A DNA stretch of 64,000 nucleotides from Macrostomum hystrix (Eukaryota; Animalia; Platyhelminthes), in the NCBI GenBank assembly GCA_950097015.1, contig CATNEN010000001.1:3038001-3102000 (forward strand). Direction: 5' to 3'. The position numbers and the translations under genes are program-made. Every line of letters begins with the position of its first letter. Position 1 is the stretch's first letter. Positions 62,801-64,000 of the stretch are shown here, one piece after another. The notes beneath the pieces are model-generated. The model had not been told where the DNA came from, did not search any database, and saw only the letters and a program-made list of their open reading frames with translations.

Positions 62801-64000
62801 GGCGGGGGGGGTTTCACAAACTCGAAATTTCACAACGTCGAAAGAACCTTTCTTCATAAGCTCGAAACTTCATAAGCTCGAAACTTCATAAGCTCGAAAC
62901 TTCACGACGTCGAAAACTAAAATAGCAGCTACCTTCATAGCAGCCATGAAATCTCTTGCTAAAGCTTTCGACGTTGCGAAGTTTCGAGCTTATGAAAAAA
63001 GGCTTTTCTGTGTTGTGAAATTTCGAGCTTGTGATAGCACCCCGGTGTGGCGTCCCCCCAGTCCATGGACTGAACAGCAATACGCAGCCTTCAGTCGCAG
63101 TCGCGCAATAGCTGTGGCTGTGCTGTCGGCTGCACATCTGACCCTATTGGGGCAGGTGTAATCAATTATTATTATTGGTATTACTATTATTATTATTACA
63201 TAAAAATTAGCATATGAGAGCCGTATAGCCGTACACAGCCTTTGAAAGCATCTCGTAATGGCTGTAAATTTGGCCCAATTAGGCTAGAAACGATTTCTAT
63301 TATTCCCTTTTATAGTCGGTGGTGAAGAAATGAACCTGCCTAAGATTATTGCTAAGTTATTAAATTCATAGCATACTTACCCAGGTAGACTGTAGAGGTT
63401 TGGGATACATCTTTCGACATAGGATTCGCTGCATGAAATAGAACGCATGAGCAAAATGCTTCAGTTTGAACATTTGTATCATTGACTATTATTAAAATTA
63501 GTTCGTCTTTCAACTATGGAGTAGAGAAATTTACCTGTCAAGAAGTCGCACAATTTGGTAGCGTCCAAATTTCTCTGCAAGCTGGAAACATGTGGCTCCT
63601 TCTTTGTCCTTTTTCTGGGCATCTGCTCCATTATGAAGCAACACTTTCGCTGCCCTGACATGGCCCGCAATGCAGGCCCTTGCGAGCGGTGTCCTGCCTT
63701 CATCATCAGTCGCGTCGATAAAAGAAGCTCGATCTTTCAGTAGGATCTCGATGAAGCTGTGCTGACCTGCATCAGCAGCCAGCATGAGTATGCTACCAGT
63801 TTCGTCAGGTTGATCGACGGATTCTATTTTCTGAACTAAAATCCGAGCCAATTCGACATCACCGTTCAAAATGGATCGCTTGAGGAGCTGCAGAGCGTCT
63901 GCGGGCTCTTCAATGCTAGAGACTGTCTTGAGTATCAATTCGTTGTTAGCTTCTCCAATTGAACTAAGTTGAATTAGACTGTTTGTGGCAAGACTATGGT
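56831..64000 (-). CDS. Ankyrin - cGAS-like/Mab21 nucleotidyltransferase (cGLR) - ankyrin - caspase (peptidase C14) fusion protein, >1160 aa, 5' end outside the window
   Basis: Exons >64000-63535, 63428-63381, 62345-61993, 60227-58805, 58710-58314, 57634-56831; junction phases 2/2/1/2/0 are all consistent. ANK: GRTPLARACIAGH, GRSALSWASLQGH, QTPLMLAAQSGH. NTase: TGSYAEG..SDSDIN, ISTSFLEKQLL, GLKTYHAKTL, MPNFF. Caspase: CIMSHG, GKPKIFIIQACR, GTLFIQAL, QIPCYTSTLTK. Confidence 0.85.
57725..58020 (-). mobile_element. SINE family A copy (diverged)
   Basis: Reverse complement of 36275-36635. Confidence 0.75.
60695..61479. mobile_element. hAT-Charlie/Buster-like MITE with an expanded internal minisatellite
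   Basis: Same TIRs as 50736-51250; 8-bp TSD GTTTAGAC at 60687-60694 and 61480-61487. Confidence 0.9.
61488..61765. repeat. 20-bp tandem repeat, ~13 copies
   Basis: Unit GCGCCACTACCACATGGGAA. Confidence 0.95.
62621..63190 (+). mobile_element. SINE family B copy interrupted by a MITE; an older diverged SINE-B copy lies at ~62385-62590
   Basis: 5' half 62621-62804 and 3' half 63044-63190 are colinear with 2081-2385. Confidence 0.85.
62805..63043. mobile_element. Mutator (MULE)-like MITE, 239 bp
   Basis: 9-bp TSD GGTGTGGCG at 62796-62804 and 63044-63052; long imperfect TIRs (GGGG..TCACAA.CTCGAAATTTCACAAC...TTCATAAGCTCGAAACTT). Confidence 0.8.

Overview
This is eukaryotic (metazoan) genomic DNA with GT-AG introns full of minisatellites, tRNA-derived SINEs and MITEs. 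The style suggests a flatworm such as Macrostomum, but that is inference only. Seven spliced or single-exon genes were reconstructed by hand. On the + strand: the 3' part of BLTP1/KIAA1109, a ~1330-aa TPR-like protein, a 5-exon gene with two duplicated chromo-like modules (only fragments in the ORF track), an intronless C-type lectin + PAN/apple secreted protein, and an SLC7/CAT cationic amino-acid transporter. On the - strand: polycystin-2 (PKD2/TRPP), and a gene running off the right edge. The standout is that last gene. Its six exons splice in frame into ankyrin repeats - cGAS-like/Mab21 (cGLR) nucleotidyltransferase - ankyrin repeats - caspase. The caspase His/Cys dyad is intact but the NTase acidic triad looks degenerate, which makes it a candidate one-protein innate immune sensor-protease. 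The second highlight is a pair of tandem 114-bp paralogous exons encoding PKD2 helix S1, which are probably mutually exclusive. Several nested transposons have readable TIRs and TSDs.
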